Of a stretch of 64,000 nt of DNA, positions 27,379 to 39,372 are shown in pieces. Made by a program: the position numbers and the translations under genes. Each line of letters starts with the position of its first letter. Within the stretch, counting starts at the first letter, position 1. Under the pieces are notes generated by a model. The model had not been told where the DNA came from. It ran no database searches and saw only the letters and a list, made by a program, of their open reading frames with translations. Origin of the DNA: Eukaryota sp. GEM-RC1 (taxonomy: Eukaryota); NCBI GenBank assembly GCA_040285855.1, contig JAUFOQ010000004.1, positions 2,666,001-2,730,000 of the forward strand, read 5' to 3'.

Positions 27379-28458
27379 AAGTTGTGTATTTTTGATACTG
27401 GAACTGAAAGACTGATACCTTGTAGTGTCGATGTTGCTTTTTGTTTCAACTTACATTAAGCTACACCTATTTGTCATCTCAATAATAATGACAGAAACAT
27501 CAAACAAATAAACAAATGTAATCTATTGTTGCAAATAGAGTATGATTTAACAAATTTATCTAAAATGTAAATCTAAAATACAAAAGAATGCAAACCTTTA
27601 CCCTCAAGTTTCTCTACTATCAGGTAACTCCATATCAACCCTTGATTTTATACTGTTTGAAGTAACTTTTCTTTATTTCCAGGAGTTTCCTGGAGTAATT
27701 TAATATCAAGAAGCGGAGAGAGTTGGTGTCAAGTGTTGTGTCACAGAAAAGAAGAATGTTGTGTGTACACTACTATACTTGCAAGTAGCATTGTCTTCAT
27801 TTTGATTCGAAATTGCCACGTCATTGTATCTGTATTTCTTTGTTTTTTTTGTTGTATTGTATTTTCTGTATTTTTTGTATTGTATCAGATCAAAGTGGGT
27901 GTATCTTTCAGGTATGTTTTCAAATGCATTCACAATGTTGAGTAACACATAATGGGATAGACAAAACCAAGTTTCCTAAGTACTTACAAAATGTAAAAGA
28001 GAAGGACAAAGTAATAGGTCTCGACAATTTCTCTTATTAGTGTATTTCAAAGTATTTTTCCAAAGAACATTGCGCTTATATTGAAATATGAATAATGTTC
28101 ATGTCCTGTATTTATTTGGAAAATGTATTAGTATTTTAAAGCAAATTGCAACTCTTCATGAAACGAGAAAGGTACAGTGTAAATATTAATCTCTAGATAA
28201 CAATATAATTAATCTGGGTGAACTCCAAATTCACTGAAAAGAATTCTAGTACTCAAATATCAAAAATCTGGTTTCTAGTACTCCGTTTGTACTTCAGCAA
28301 GTAGTTTTGTGCAGAATTTCAAAAGAGATAATTTCTAACAGCTGAGCAGATAGAACACTCTTGACTCTGTAATCACACTACTCTAGAAGGATTCTAAAAG
28401 GAGTCCAACAGACTAAGCGTAACTTCTGGGAAGCTAAACATTGAAGAGACCAATGCTA

Positions 28459-29619
28459 CTACTCTAAATCAGGCATGTCATCAACGTCATCACAATCACC
28501 AGACTCAATACTCTCGAGGGATTGATCTCTTTCATTCCTTACTTCTATCAGAAACTCGTCATCCTCTTTCGATCTAGTTCTAACTCTCTTAACCCGTGGA
28601 TCGTCTACTTCTACTTTCTTGATCTTTTCTAATGCTAGTATTCTGTCTGAACGTTCTTTTGGCATTTTGATCACCAAAGTTCCAGTCACTGTAGACCTAA
28701 TCACATCTGATTGATCAATCAAAACCTCATCATCCAAGGCAACTCGTAATAACTGATCCTTAACTCTAATTTCAACAAACTTGGGTTGAATGTTAACATC
28801 TATTAATGAAGTTGAAATAAACTTGGAGATCTCCACTCTTAACACTACAATGCTGCCAACTAATACTTCAGTGTTTTTGTGTTCTTGAAATATTTTAAAA
28901 TCTAACTTTGGTTGATTCACCTGCACAACTTTTCCATTTCTGTACAAGGGAGGTTCTTTCAAACGTAGTTCATCATAAGTAAGATGATTTGGTGCTTCGT
29001 CATCACAAACACGCGTGTTTGCTGACGTGTCATAAGACAGTTCACTCCAATTACTGGGAAGCAGACCAGCTATTCCCTTAGAAATTCGGTCATTAAACCA
29101 CTCTAAAGCCTGTGCGAGGAGTCGTTTTTTTGCATTATCAGCAGTAATTCTTTCATTAGAGTCGACGTCAATACCATCTAATTTCACCAACTGAGGGAGA
29201 ACTGAAATGACAAAGAGTCTGTAATCAGGAAGGTCACAGATTGGATTGCCCACGAGATAGAGCTCTTTTAGGTTGTACAAAGATTGTAGAGAGAAAAGGG
29301 AATGAACATCGTCAATGTAGTTTGCAGTGAAGTCAAGTTTAGAGAGAGACTCGCATCTTTCGAGATTTTCTATAGTTGTGATGCCGTTGACGGCTAGGTT
29401 GAGGTAAGATAGACGTTTTAGGGCTTGGAGATTCTCAATTCTGGTGATTCTGTTACATTGAAGAAAGAGTATTTCTAAATGCTTACAGAACTTACCAACT
29501 TGGTCAATTTTAGTGAGATTTTGTTGATGGAGAGTGATTTCTCGAAGGTCAAACAGACAACCGTCATTGTGTTCTGCCCTTTTTCGAAGTAGTGATTCAG
29601 TGATAACAGTATCAGACAT
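28459..29619 (-). CDS. DNAAF11: LRRC6/DNAAF11 (tilB homolog), axonemal dynein assembly factor
   Basis: N-terminal ITESLLRKRAEHNDG, SDS22-like LRRs, LRRcap YRLFVISVLPQLVKLDG, C-terminal CS-like domain (RSTVTGTLVIKMPK), ends DMPDLE. Confidence 0.9.
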   Translation of the reverse strand: MSDTVITESLLRKRAEHNDGCLFDLREITLHQQNLTKIDQVGKFCKHLEILFLQCNRITRIENLQALKRLSYLNLAVNGITTIENLERCESLSKLDFTANYIDDVHSLFSLQSLYNLKELYLVGNPICDLPDYRLFVISVLPQLVKLDGIDVDSNERITADNAKKRLLAQALEWFNDRISKGIAGLLPSNWSELSYDTSANTRVCDDEAPNHLTYDELRLKEPPLYRNGKVVQVNQPKLDFKIFQEHKNTEVLVGSIVVLRVEISKFISTSLIDVNIQPKFVEIRVKDQLLRVALDDEVLIDQSDVIRSTVTGTLVIKMPKERSDRILALEKIKKVEVDDPRVKRVRTRSKEDDEFLIEVRNERDQSLESIESGDCDDVDDMPDLE

Positions 29620-29646
29620 TAAACAGAGATATTATGTACAGTATTG

Positions 29647-30241
29647 ATGCAGATGGAAGAAAGTAGACCCGTTTTGAGAGAGAAGAATCTTTCAATTGAC
29701 TTTTCAGATTCAAATGGTCTACTTAGGAATCCTTTTGATGTTGCTGAACACGATGGTTGTTCCTTCCCTGTCTTTAAAAATACTATCTGGACTTTCAGAG
29801 TTTCTTGTACTAACTGTGGAACAGTTAATGAGTCACCTGTTGATATAGATGTTGAACATGAGGAAGATATGCCTGGTTCCAGAGGGTCTGGTTTGTTTGG
29901 TGTTTGATTCATTGATCATAGCCAACTTCATCATGAAATGCAAAGGTTGTAAGAGGACTGTCTCTATCCATCACATTGCTTCTCATCTAAATCTTCCCAA
30001 ACTAGAAGAAATTGCTACTAAAAACAAACTGACCACTGACAAATTACAAGGTGCATTTGAATGCAGAGGATGTGACATTGTTGAATGGAAGACTGGACCA
30101 GGATTTATTACCACATCAAACAGTTCACAAACAGAAATGTCAGTAGATCTCAGTGATGGTTCTTGGGCAGATGTTGACGAAAATAGTGAGTCATGTTTCA
30201 TTGATGGACCTGAATCAGAGGTTGTGAAGGTGAAGGTTTAA
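29647..30241 (+). CDS. DUF866/UPF0587 CXXC zinc-binding protein (CZIB-like); exons 29647-29890 and 29922-30241
   Basis: FRVSCTNCG..PGSRGS|ANFIMKCKGCKR..FECRG..VDLSDGSWADVDE. Removing a 31-nt GT-AG intron joins the two ORFs in frame. Confidence 0.85.
29891..29921 (+). other. 31-nt spliceosomal intron
   Basis: gtttgtttggtgtttgattcattgatcatag; removal restores GSRGSANF. Confidence 0.75.
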
Positions 30242-30243
30242 TA

Positions 30244-30699
30244 TCATGATTTTGCTTTTCGCCAAATTATCAATCCCCAAATAATTGTGGATGGAACGTA
30301 GGTCTTTAGCCAGCCAAGTTTACTTCTATAACGGGAGTAGTACCAGGAAATAAAGCCCAGTTGAACTATGGACAATTTTTTGCCGTATGCCTCTTCAAAT
30401 ATCCGTTGAACGAAGTGGTGACAATTATGTGTAAACAGGTTATAGTGAGTGTTGTGAAACTGTTCGGTAGCAGTCATAATGGCCTGATCCCATAGATGTG
30501 ACTCCACTGGGGCATAAACACTGTCTCGAACGGGCCTCCCAAAGCAAAATCGGTTCTTGTGAACCTGACCGGTGAAGTCAAAAGTGTTGGAACTACTGTC
30601 TGAAACACCAAGGTGACCAATGAGTGGAATAAGCCACGTAAGAATAGGTATAGGAGTCCAAATGAGACATTTTGGAGTTGGTTGCTTTTGAAAGGACAT
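30244..30699 (-). CDS. TMEM222/RTE1-like (DUF778) protein
   Basis: CLIWTPIPILTWLIPLIGHLG, FDFTG, FGRP, WDQAI, YNLFTHNCHHFV. ATG at 30699. Confidence 0.85.
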   Translation of the reverse strand: MSFQKQPTPKCLIWTPIPILTWLIPLIGHLGVSDSSSNTFDFTGQVHKNRFCFGRPVRDSVYAPVESHLWDQAIMTATEQFHNTHYNLFTHNCHHFVQRIFEEAYGKKLSIVQLGFISWYYSRYRSKLGWLKTYVPSTIIWGLIIWRKAKS

Positions 30700-30935
30700 C
30701 AATTGTAATCGAGAAAATACATCTTGATATATTTGATATTATTAATATGTATACACGTATGTGTCTACAGGAACTTTTATGTACAAACCAATTGGTTTCA
30801 AAAACTTAAATAAGACGGAATTTACGTGAGGAACCAAAATACAAAGGGTAAGAAGAGAAATCCCAAGAAATACAACAGAAATCCTACAAAATGTACTAAC
30901 AAACTGCACTCGTTTACGATCCAAGTTTTAACACA

Positions 30936-31445
30936 ATGAGTGAAGAATTCTCTGAAGAATACATTTACGAAGGAGGAAGACTTATGCCAGGAGGAAGCAG
31001 AGCGCCTCCAGGAGGGGCTTACTACAACCCAGAGACGGGCGAGATTCGACCCATCAGATCAGAGAAAGAAATCGAAGAACTGCGGAAAAGAAGTAAGAAA
31101 CCATCACAAGCAGGACAACACAAACATGAACAGCCACAAGAAAAAACCACTCACAAACGGAGATATGGACCAGGACAATTGATAAAACAAGGGGTTCGTG
31201 CAGGACCCAATGGAGCTGAGCTAGACATTGACACTGGAGAAATATTCCAATACAGCCCTGATGAAGAAGTCAGACATTTGGGACCAGGTCAATTCGTCCC
31301 AGGAGGTGAAAGATGTGGACCAGGTGGATGCGATGTCGACAAAAAGACTGGAAAAGTAATTTGGGAACCTGAAAGAAGATCAGAATATTTAGAAGAAGAA
31401 AAGGAGGCCAAAGAGCTAGATGAATTGGAAAGACGTGGTTTGTAA
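30936..31445 (+). CDS. Hypothetical protein with three ~28-aa Gly/Pro-rich repeats
   Basis: Intact 169-aa ORF, repeats G.G....G.R..P.G..(D/N)..TG(E/K)(I/V), aataaa just after the stop. Confidence 0.8.
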   Translation: MSEEFSEEYIYEGGRLMPGGSRAPPGGAYYNPETGEIRPIRSEKEIEELRKRSKKPSQAGQHKHEQPQEKTTHKRRYGPGQLIKQGVRAGPNGAELDIDTGEIFQYSPDEEVRHLGPGQFVPGGERCGPGGCDVDKKTGKVIWEPERRSEYLEEEKEAKELDELERRGL

Positions 31446-32355
31446 TTGAAATAAAGCGACCTAGACTACACTGAACAAACTCGAGTCGAGTGATGAGTGA
31501 CTCTAGTTGGTGACACTATGATGCTTGTTATACTTCATTTTCAGGAAGACAACACATTTCACCAACACAACTGATGTAAGTGGAGTTTTAGTAGGAAGAT
31601 GAATTACAAAAGAAATACATCTGATGTAGTTTTTATTCCGTCCTATTTGATCTAGATTTGAATGACATACATAAAACGACATTTGCGTCGTTTATAAATA
31701 GACTAAACAACTAAAGTTTGATATCATTAAATCAACACCAGTCACTATCAAATCTTACAACAGCCATGTACTCATAAAAGGAACTTACAGCTAATAAAGC
31801 TTTGGAGATTATTAGGGCAATTGTTCTTTAAATTTAGTAAAAACGATACGATTCAACCATAACATATGATCATAGCGAACGTTCACCCATACTATTTTTC
31901 ACGGTTTTAATATCCTTTACAAATATTCTATATACTATTTACAACCGGTGAATAATACAAATTGTACGTACGAAGTTTCCAATTTGAAGTGTTGTTTGTA
32001 CTTTTATTTATATTATACGTCTTTTGTTTCCCATCTGTTTTGCCTAAAGGCAACAGATGAAGATTATGAGGCTAATTAAATGAACTCAAACTTATGTTTA
32101 ATAACCAAAGAATGATTCATCATTATGAATGAGACAGTACATCCGAGGGATTTGAGTATCCAGACATCATGCAGAGCTGGTAGAAACATCCAACAAAGAA
32201 TTCAATCCATCTCTTGCGGTATAGATTAACCCCAAAAAGTGGTGTTTTTTTGGCCAACTTCGCGACCAAAACGGTGTAGAAGAGGTTAGCTGGTGTTTAA
32301 TTTTTAAAGCATTAATTGAAGAATTGTTCTGTTAAGTGAAACATTGAATAACGTA

Positions 32356-33087
32356 ATGACTGATCCTTTGGATGTTCTATCAGTTATAACACAGATTCAG
32401 GAAGACTCCATCCATCGTATTGATCTTTCTTCATCGACAGTGAGCACTCAGGATGTTGTTGCCTTAGCGAAAGCACTCAGATGTTCTACATCAGTCACTG
32501 ATGTTATTTTAATTAATAATGGTATTGGAGATGAAGGAGCAGTTGCGCTAGCTTCTATGCTTTATGACACTTCGTCAATCATTACTCTCAATGTGTCTCA
32601 CAATTCCATTGGAGCCGAGGGAGCTGCGGCATTGGCAGACGGTCTCACAGTGAACTCAAGTCTTATGTCATTGTACCTGAACTCCAACCACATTGGAGAT
32701 GATGGAGTTGTTTCTATTGCACATGCACTCTCTGTAAACTGTACTGTTATCGATATCAATCTGGCCTCTAATAGTATTGGTTTCAATGGAATTGATTCTT
32801 TATTTGCAGCTATACAAACCAATACTTCACTGAGGGATCTCAATCTGGGTCACAATTCTATTGATGATGAGTCTGCCTTTGTTATTGCAGATGTGTTGAA
32901 AAGGAGCTTCACTCTAGCCAATGTTGGACTCTCTCATTGTAGAATCAAAGACGATGGAGCTCTCGCCATAGCTAATGCTGTTAGTTTGAACTCGGCCATT
33001 GAATGTGTAAATCTCTTCTCAAATCCTGTCAGCATGGACGTGGCTAGACTGCTACGATCCAGATTCAGCGATCGGTTGGTAATATAA
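32356..33087 (+). CDS. RI-like/NLRC3-type leucine-rich repeat protein (28-aa repeats)
   Basis: Repeating LxLxxNxIGxxGAxALAxxL. First ATG at 32356. Confidence 0.85.
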   Translation: MTDPLDVLSVITQIQEDSIHRIDLSSSTVSTQDVVALAKALRCSTSVTDVILINNGIGDEGAVALASMLYDTSSIITLNVSHNSIGAEGAAALADGLTVNSSLMSLYLNSNHIGDDGVVSIAHALSVNCTVIDINLASNSIGFNGIDSLFAAIQTNTSLRDLNLGHNSIDDESAFVIADVLKRSFTLANVGLSHCRIKDDGALAIANAVSLNSAIECVNLFSNPVSMDVARLLRSRFSDRLVI

Positions 33088-33331
33088 TGGAAGCTCTGAT
33101 ATTTGAGAAACTTGTTAATTGTCTATTCAAATCCGTGCGTTGTAAAGGAATTGATGTTCAAGAATGATGTTATGTATTATGATTAAAGTTGGGGGAAACA
33201 CAACGCAAAATACAATTTCAGAACAACTGCTTGTTAAAGTGTCCTATCGAAAAATGTACAAAAATTCACACACATCAAAAATCAAAACATACAGACAATA
33301 AAACGAATATACAAAGGGTCAGAAACAATCA

Positions 33332-35532
33332 CTATTTCAAAGTTTTTAAATGTTCCTTAAATTCATTCAACATATTCCGCTTTTTTGAACTGGACAATTT
33401 GACCAAATCCAACATTTTAAACAACAACCCTCGATTAACTTCTTCAATGAGAGATTTTTTCCCAATCTCTAAAGGATTTTCAGCTGTTACAATGGCAACA
33501 CAAGCCATAAGAGTTGGAACAGAAGGATATATATCAGACAAAACTAACGGCTCATCACGAGGTTTTAAAAAATTGGACAAATATTGAAAAAAGCTGTTCA
33601 AAAATTGATTTAAATTCGGATACAATTGTTGGTGGATCTTGGATTTTGACCTTGCCATAACCATTGATAGGAATTGGTCCCAAATTTTAGTGCACAAAAG
33701 CTGACAATACTGATAACTAAAATCAACTGGAAGACTTTTGCAAGGAGAAAGGAATTGTTGAATTAAAGCAGACATTTGTTCATAAACACGTGGGCCAACC
33801 TCACCATTTGACACGTCAACAACAGACGCCATTTGGGAAATAGTGTCGTGATGGTGATCGAGAATTCGTTGGACTAAATCATGAATTGATTGATCTATAA
33901 ACTGATTGATTGATGGGGGGCGAATAGCGTGATTAGCAGATGGAGATAAAGGGCGATCAAAAGAGAAATAAAATGAAGAATGATATTTGGAAAATATTGA
34001 TTTAAAACATCTAAATCGACCAAGATCATTAAGTGTTTGAAAAATCTAAAATTCGGTGCTTTAGAAAATTGATCAGGCTTTGAATAAACATCAGATATTA
34101 GAATTTTCAATAAAGGTAATAGTTTTTGGTCTACGGCCCGAACCAAAACATTAGACAATATATGAACAAGATCAAAACTAGAGTTTAATTCCGCTGAAAT
34201 CTCTGAGAAATACTCAAATGCTTTTTCAGAAATTTTCAAAAAGGCGTCGAGAATTTGAGGAACTAAAGGAGAAAAGGAATAATATGGTTCTGGAACGTCA
34301 GAGTTATAAAACAGCTCAAGTCCTTCATTTTCAAACATTTTTGATCCATCAATGACGTGACCAAGATTATCATCGTATTTGTAGAACTCACAACCAAAAG
34401 TTCTGAAGTTCTTAATGATTGTAGAAAAAACGTTTCCAACGGAATTCAACAGAAATCCTTGAATTCTCTCAGTTAATGGTTCCATTTTTAACTTTAATAC
34501 AACTGCACCTCGAACAAGTGCGGCAATCAATTGATTAAACACAAAAACGTTATCACGACTGTCATCAAGTTGATTGATATCAATTTTGTCGACAGTAGAG
34601 TGCAGAACTGATCCCCATTCACTATCAATGTCGAAACAACTTGCTAAATCTGGCACTTGATTTGATATCGTTACAAACAAACACAGAACTCCAAGAAAAC
34701 TGTAGACCTTTTCCAACAGATTGCTAAAATTTAAATATTTTGGTACATGACCGCCACTTTTAACAATACTTCCACTAGAAACATTCCGTAAATGATCTTT
34801 GAAATTCTTTGCTTGTCCAATTGCTAAAAACACCTTGTAAAGTCGTGCAGGTGTTGCAACTGCAGCTGAAAGTAGAGAATCCAACTTCTCTATAACGTCA
34901 TCATTTTGATCTGATGACGATCCAAAAGAGTTGACAACCAACTTTCCTATTTCAGAGCATTGTAGCGTCAATTCAGAAGGTCTGCGACTGCCAGAACTAC
35001 TAGTGTTATCTAGCCACGTGTTGAGCTCAGTCATGGGAGTGGATTGAAGATCTTGACGTAGTTCTGAAAGGAAAGAATCCAGTTTGTTCTTGATAAAGGT
35101 ACCTTCTATCCTTGGTAACAGCACTTCTTCTAGGAGATTAAGTTTAGACACAGCAAGGAGGTAGTCCTTTGCTTTCATAGCTTCATTAGCAGAAGAATAG
35201 ACTTCGAGTGCAGCATACATGGCTTTTATATGTTGTAATGACAAACCAACATTGAACTGAGCACGGCGGAGATCAATAAGTTGACGAGAGACTTGAGAGA
35301 CATTATCTCCAGCATGTTGAACTTTAGAAGAGAGAGCAACTAATTCAGATCTAAGTGAATTAGCAGTGTTCTTGGTAGCTAAAAGATTGCTTACAGAAGC
35401 TAAGAACTCTTGGTGATGGCTATCACAGATGTTTTGGATGGCTTTCTTCTTGTGAGCTTGATAGTCTCGTAGTTGTTGTATTGAGTTGTTGATGTGTTCC
35501 TCACATTCAGGGTCTAAAGTGGAAGAGTGCAT
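33332..35532 (-). CDS. SEC15: Exocyst subunit Sec15/EXOC6-like; one frameshift near 33960
   Basis: N-terminal AIQNICDSHHQEFLASVSNLL..LRSELVALSSKVQHAG matches my recollection of the Sec15 N-terminus. A shift at the A-run near 33960 gives a stop-free link (FDRPLSPSANH..SQMASVV) into ORF 33332-33832. Confidence 0.7.
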
Positions 35533-35540
35533 GGTATCAC

Positions 35541-36930
35541 CTAGAAGACTCAATTTTCTTGCGACACAAGATTTGTAAACTTGCGACATAAAACTTTCTC
35601 TCCTCAATCTTTATATCATGAACATGCTATCATTACTTGAAACGTTGAATATGACAACAGTGGGTTTATTTCATTACACTGATCGGATATTTCTTGGACA
35701 ATCTTTACGTAAATGACCAACTTGTTTACACTTTCCACATGGTGCTTTACATGTCTTTTGGAAGTGACCTAAAAGCAGACAGTTCTTACACACTGCTTTC
35801 TTCTTTGGAACTACCTCTTTGTTTTGTATACCATGGTCTTTGGATTCATCAGTAGAGGTGTTAGCAGCTGGAGGTAAAAGAGGTTCACTTATGCTCTGCA
35901 ATGCTTGTTCAAGATGTTTCCTAGCTCTCATCTTCTGGACAGCTGTGTAAGAAGTCCAACTCTAGTACAGGATATCGATCACATCTTCTTCATCATCTTG
36001 TTGTTCACCAGCATCACATTCAAGTAACCAATGGTTGTGAAATGCTTCCAGACTTAATCTCTTTCGTACTTGCCGAAGTTCATGGGCACAAGGTATACCG
36101 TATACTCTTCGTTGATATCCTCGACAAATAAGTTCATCACTTCCTGGATCCTCTTCCTCAACCTGAATTTCTTAAACATATTAATATTTGCAATACCTGC
36201 TACAAACAAATGATCGACGTTATCATCTTCACCGACAGAAAACTCAAATCTGCATTTATCAGAATTAGTGTTTATGAGGTAATCTAAAGCAGAGCTATTA
36301 CCAATGACTTTTTCCTTTCTTCTTCTGTTAACATTATATAAATCAGTCAAAGTAAGATTTTGATTTCCATCGTTTAATAATATACCGTGAACAACTTTGA
36401 CACTCCGGAAGACAGCCAATGTCTTCTCTACCTTATGTTTAGCTTCACAGGACAGAAACTTCCACCTGTGAGTTGGCAAAATGCAGATGATAGATGAGGG
36501 AGCGTGGTTGTGATCATCACAGTGTATCTCCAAAGTAGATTGAGGAGGATCCAGAGTTGTCAACCCCATTCACGGAATAGGTGGAGGTTGAAGCGCAATA
36601 GATTTTAAAGGGGCAACTGGCTTGGAAAGATCTCATTGACGAAGTGGCAATGGGTTCTTCTTCTTCATCGTGATCGTTTTTTTGTTTAGATCCACGGGAG
36701 CATAAGAAATAAGAAGATCGTACATTAGTGCTTCTCTTGCATATACTATACCCAAGCTCTCCATAATAATGGAAGCAAAGGTTAAAAGCATCCTTGATGG
36801 AAGGAAATGTTCTCCTAAGGCCTTCAGGAAGTATATCGAAGTTACATCAACGTCTTTTGGGCATAAGTGAGAAAGTTTTATGTCGCAAGACGACAAATCT
36901 TCTAGTTGTGTCGCAACTTTACAAATCCCC
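35541..36930 (-). mobile_element. Internally deleted MULE (Mutator-like) element with imperfect TIRs
   Basis: Perfect 21-bp inverted repeat at 35580-35600 and 36869-36889, plus outer gcgacacaa/ttgtgtcgc copies. Inside: HCDDHNH, DLYNVNRRRK..VDHLFVA and a double knuckle CKNCLLLGHFQKTC / CGKCKQVGHLRKDC. Ends are approximate. Confidence 0.7.
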
Positions 36931-37749
36931 AAAATAAATTGTCAATTTCAATAAATGTACAGTACCTATTTTTTATTAACTTCTGTAGATGCATTTATTT
37001 CACTGACTGATCATAAACCCCGTTTTTTTACTTATTTCTATTTGAGATATTTGCTCAATCTAGAATACAGTCTAGGGTGATTCTTTTGTTGATGACCGTC
37101 CATCAATAAGACTAAGATAAAGAACAATTGATCTTTTAATTAAGCTGAAAATAATTCACTTTATTTGTGATACTTTAATAACAATCGACGCTTTGTCGGT
37201 GTCTTTACAAATATTTGTAGAGACACCTGTGTTCTAAGTACAAAGATCTATTTAAGTTAAGATTAACCGTATTTCCCCACGCCTTGTTTTTCAATCAAAC
37301 AATCATCACCTTACAAGTAACTAAGTTGAGTGAGTAATCAAATGGTGCACTGATAGAAGTGTTGCTAATTCAGTTGACATCAGTACAGTGGAAATTCTGT
37401 TTAACTTTCTCTTATTCAAAAAAATACTTAAAGTATTGATTACACTGTATGCATTTCGGTCCGAAACTTTTGCGTACGATAGTTCAACGTTGGATAGTGA
37501 TGTAATTGAAAATAGTGTTGAATGCAATCAAATTTGAAGGTCCATTACTATCACACGAATGTCTTGACTTAATAATGAATGAAAGACCATATTTGTATTA
37601 GATTTAGACCTTGCTTTCAATTTCCCAATGATTTCAATAGAGGTAAAATATAAATGTCTGTATATTGAATCAATATTGATTTTAGTTAAACTATTCAAAC
37701 AAGTAAAAGTAAAGACAAAAAACTAAGAAACTAAATAAACAAGAAAAAC

Positions 37750-39303
37750 TTAACTTGTTGATCGCTCATCCATCAATTTAAAGAACTCTGATGATCTACC
37801 ATACTTCACACCGTCAGTACCTAATTCTTTCTCCACCCTCTTCTTACTAACAAACTCTTGGCCCTTTAGTTTCTGCTTCGTTTTCCTTCTCTTTGCTTTC
37901 TTTTCTTCCGTTGTCAGTTCTTGACTCGAAGCAATGGCAGATTTCTTAGTTCCTGCTGATGCGAGTTGATGAGGTAGAAGTTCCATGGAGACTGTATCAT
38001 TAGCGGAAATTGAAGCAACATTAACTGCTTTAATATCCTCAACATCAACGAATTGTCCCTTTTTAATAGAAAATCCGTGTTTACTTTGAGTAAGTTTGTC
38101 CAATTCCAACATAATTCGTTCTAAAAGTATCTGAGAGTCATTGTGAAGTTCTTCTATTTCCTCATCATTAACTACTCCTCTTAACTTAAGGAAGTCCTGT
38201 TCATACATTGATGACAAAGAATCACGTTGACCAGGTCCACGTTCGTCAACTGATTGATCACGTCCTGCATCAGGGTTATCAACTGGGGCATCAACTTTGA
38301 TTGGATCATCGAAAAGTCCATCCTTAATTCGTTGTTTGATAATTTCTTCCAAATTAGATCCTGATTTTGACCCTGGTGACGTTTCATCCTCGTCATCTTC
38401 TTCTTCATCAACTTTCTTCCTAGTCATCCCCATATCATAGTCAACAATGGCAGACAACAGAGAATCTTTGGGTCTATCACTGACAGAAACTTCTCCTCTC
38501 ATGAACCAATCCTTTTCTTGCAGAGATTCGTCCTCTAACTTTCGAAGATACTCTTCCTTTTCATCAACCATTGCTTCTCCTTCTTCATCATCAAATTCTT
38601 CTTCAGAATCTGGTAATAGAGGTTGTTTTGGAGGTTCTTCTGAGCCAAAGAAGTCTTCGTAATGAATGTCTTCGCCATCAGAGAAGCCATCAGAAGCAAA
38701 CATGTCAATATCATCATCGTCTTCTTCGACGTCTACACCTTCCTGTTCTGCAATTTGATCAAGATATGATTCAAGATCCTTATCCTCGTGATCTTCACTG
38801 CCCTTTTGATCAAATGAATGAGAGTCAATAGCGTCATTATCAACTTCCTCTTCCTCTTCTAGTTCCTCTTCATCAGATCCAAAGTCAAGACCGTCAATAG
38901 ACTCGACATCAACGTCACTTTGTTCCTCATCTAAATAACTACCAAGAATCTCGTCTTCATCATCATCATCACTGTCTATTTCAGATGACGAAATATCATC
39001 ATCATGTGTATCTAGCATAAGGGTTCCCTCGTCTTCCTCATGAGATCCAGAAGTAAACGTAGAAGGAAAGGAAGCGACCAGCGTCTTGATAGCATCGTTG
39101 CGATAGGTCAATTGACCCCAAATTTGGTCTTCGTCCAGATCATCGATAATAAGTTCATCTATAGAGTTCTCAACAAAGAAGGCATCAGACGGAAGTGGTT
39201 CGGAGAGAGTAGTAAGATAAAGTTCTTTTAAAAGGGATACGAAGTGGTGTTCATTCTCTGAATGTAGAGCATCTGGGACTAGTAGTTGTTCGTCAATATC
39301 CAT
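37750..39303 (-). CDS. MPP10: U3 snoRNP protein MPP10
   Basis: DEDQIWGQL, acidic tract, YEDFFG, KDWFMRGEV..RPKDSLL, LEEIIKQRI..FDD, ELTTEEKKAKRRK, SSEFF. Confidence 0.92.
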   Translation of the reverse strand: MDIDEQLLVPDALHSENEHHFVSLLKELYLTTLSEPLPSDAFFVENSIDELIIDDLDEDQIWGQLTYRNDAIKTLVASFPSTFTSGSHEEDEGTLMLDTHDDDISSSEIDSDDDDEDEILGSYLDEEQSDVDVESIDGLDFGSDEEELEEEEEVDNDAIDSHSFDQKGSEDHEDKDLESYLDQIAEQEGVDVEEDDDDIDMFASDGFSDGEDIHYEDFFGSEEPPKQPLLPDSEEEFDDEEGEAMVDEKEEYLRKLEDESLQEKDWFMRGEVSVSDRPKDSLLSAIVDYDMGMTRKKVDEEEDDEDETSPGSKSGSNLEEIIKQRIKDGLFDDPIKVDAPVDNPDAGRDQSVDERGPGQRDSLSSMYEQDFLKLRGVVNDEEIEELHNDSQILLERIMLELDKLTQSKHGFSIKKGQFVDVEDIKAVNVASISANDTVSMELLPHQLASAGTKKSAIASSQELTTEEKKAKRRKTKQKLKGQEFVSKKRVEKELGTDGVKYGRSSEFFKLMDERSTS

Positions 39304-39372
39304 TGAAAAAAGGATGAATATTGTGGTGAAAGGGCTTGTGATGAAGATGTTGCAAAACCATTCTTGGGTTCA

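Noticed and set aside
33895..33965. Programmed frameshift or intron in Sec15
   Set aside because: The shift falls at a short homopolymer like the other apparent errors, and I found no suitable GT-AG pair; sequencing error is simpler.
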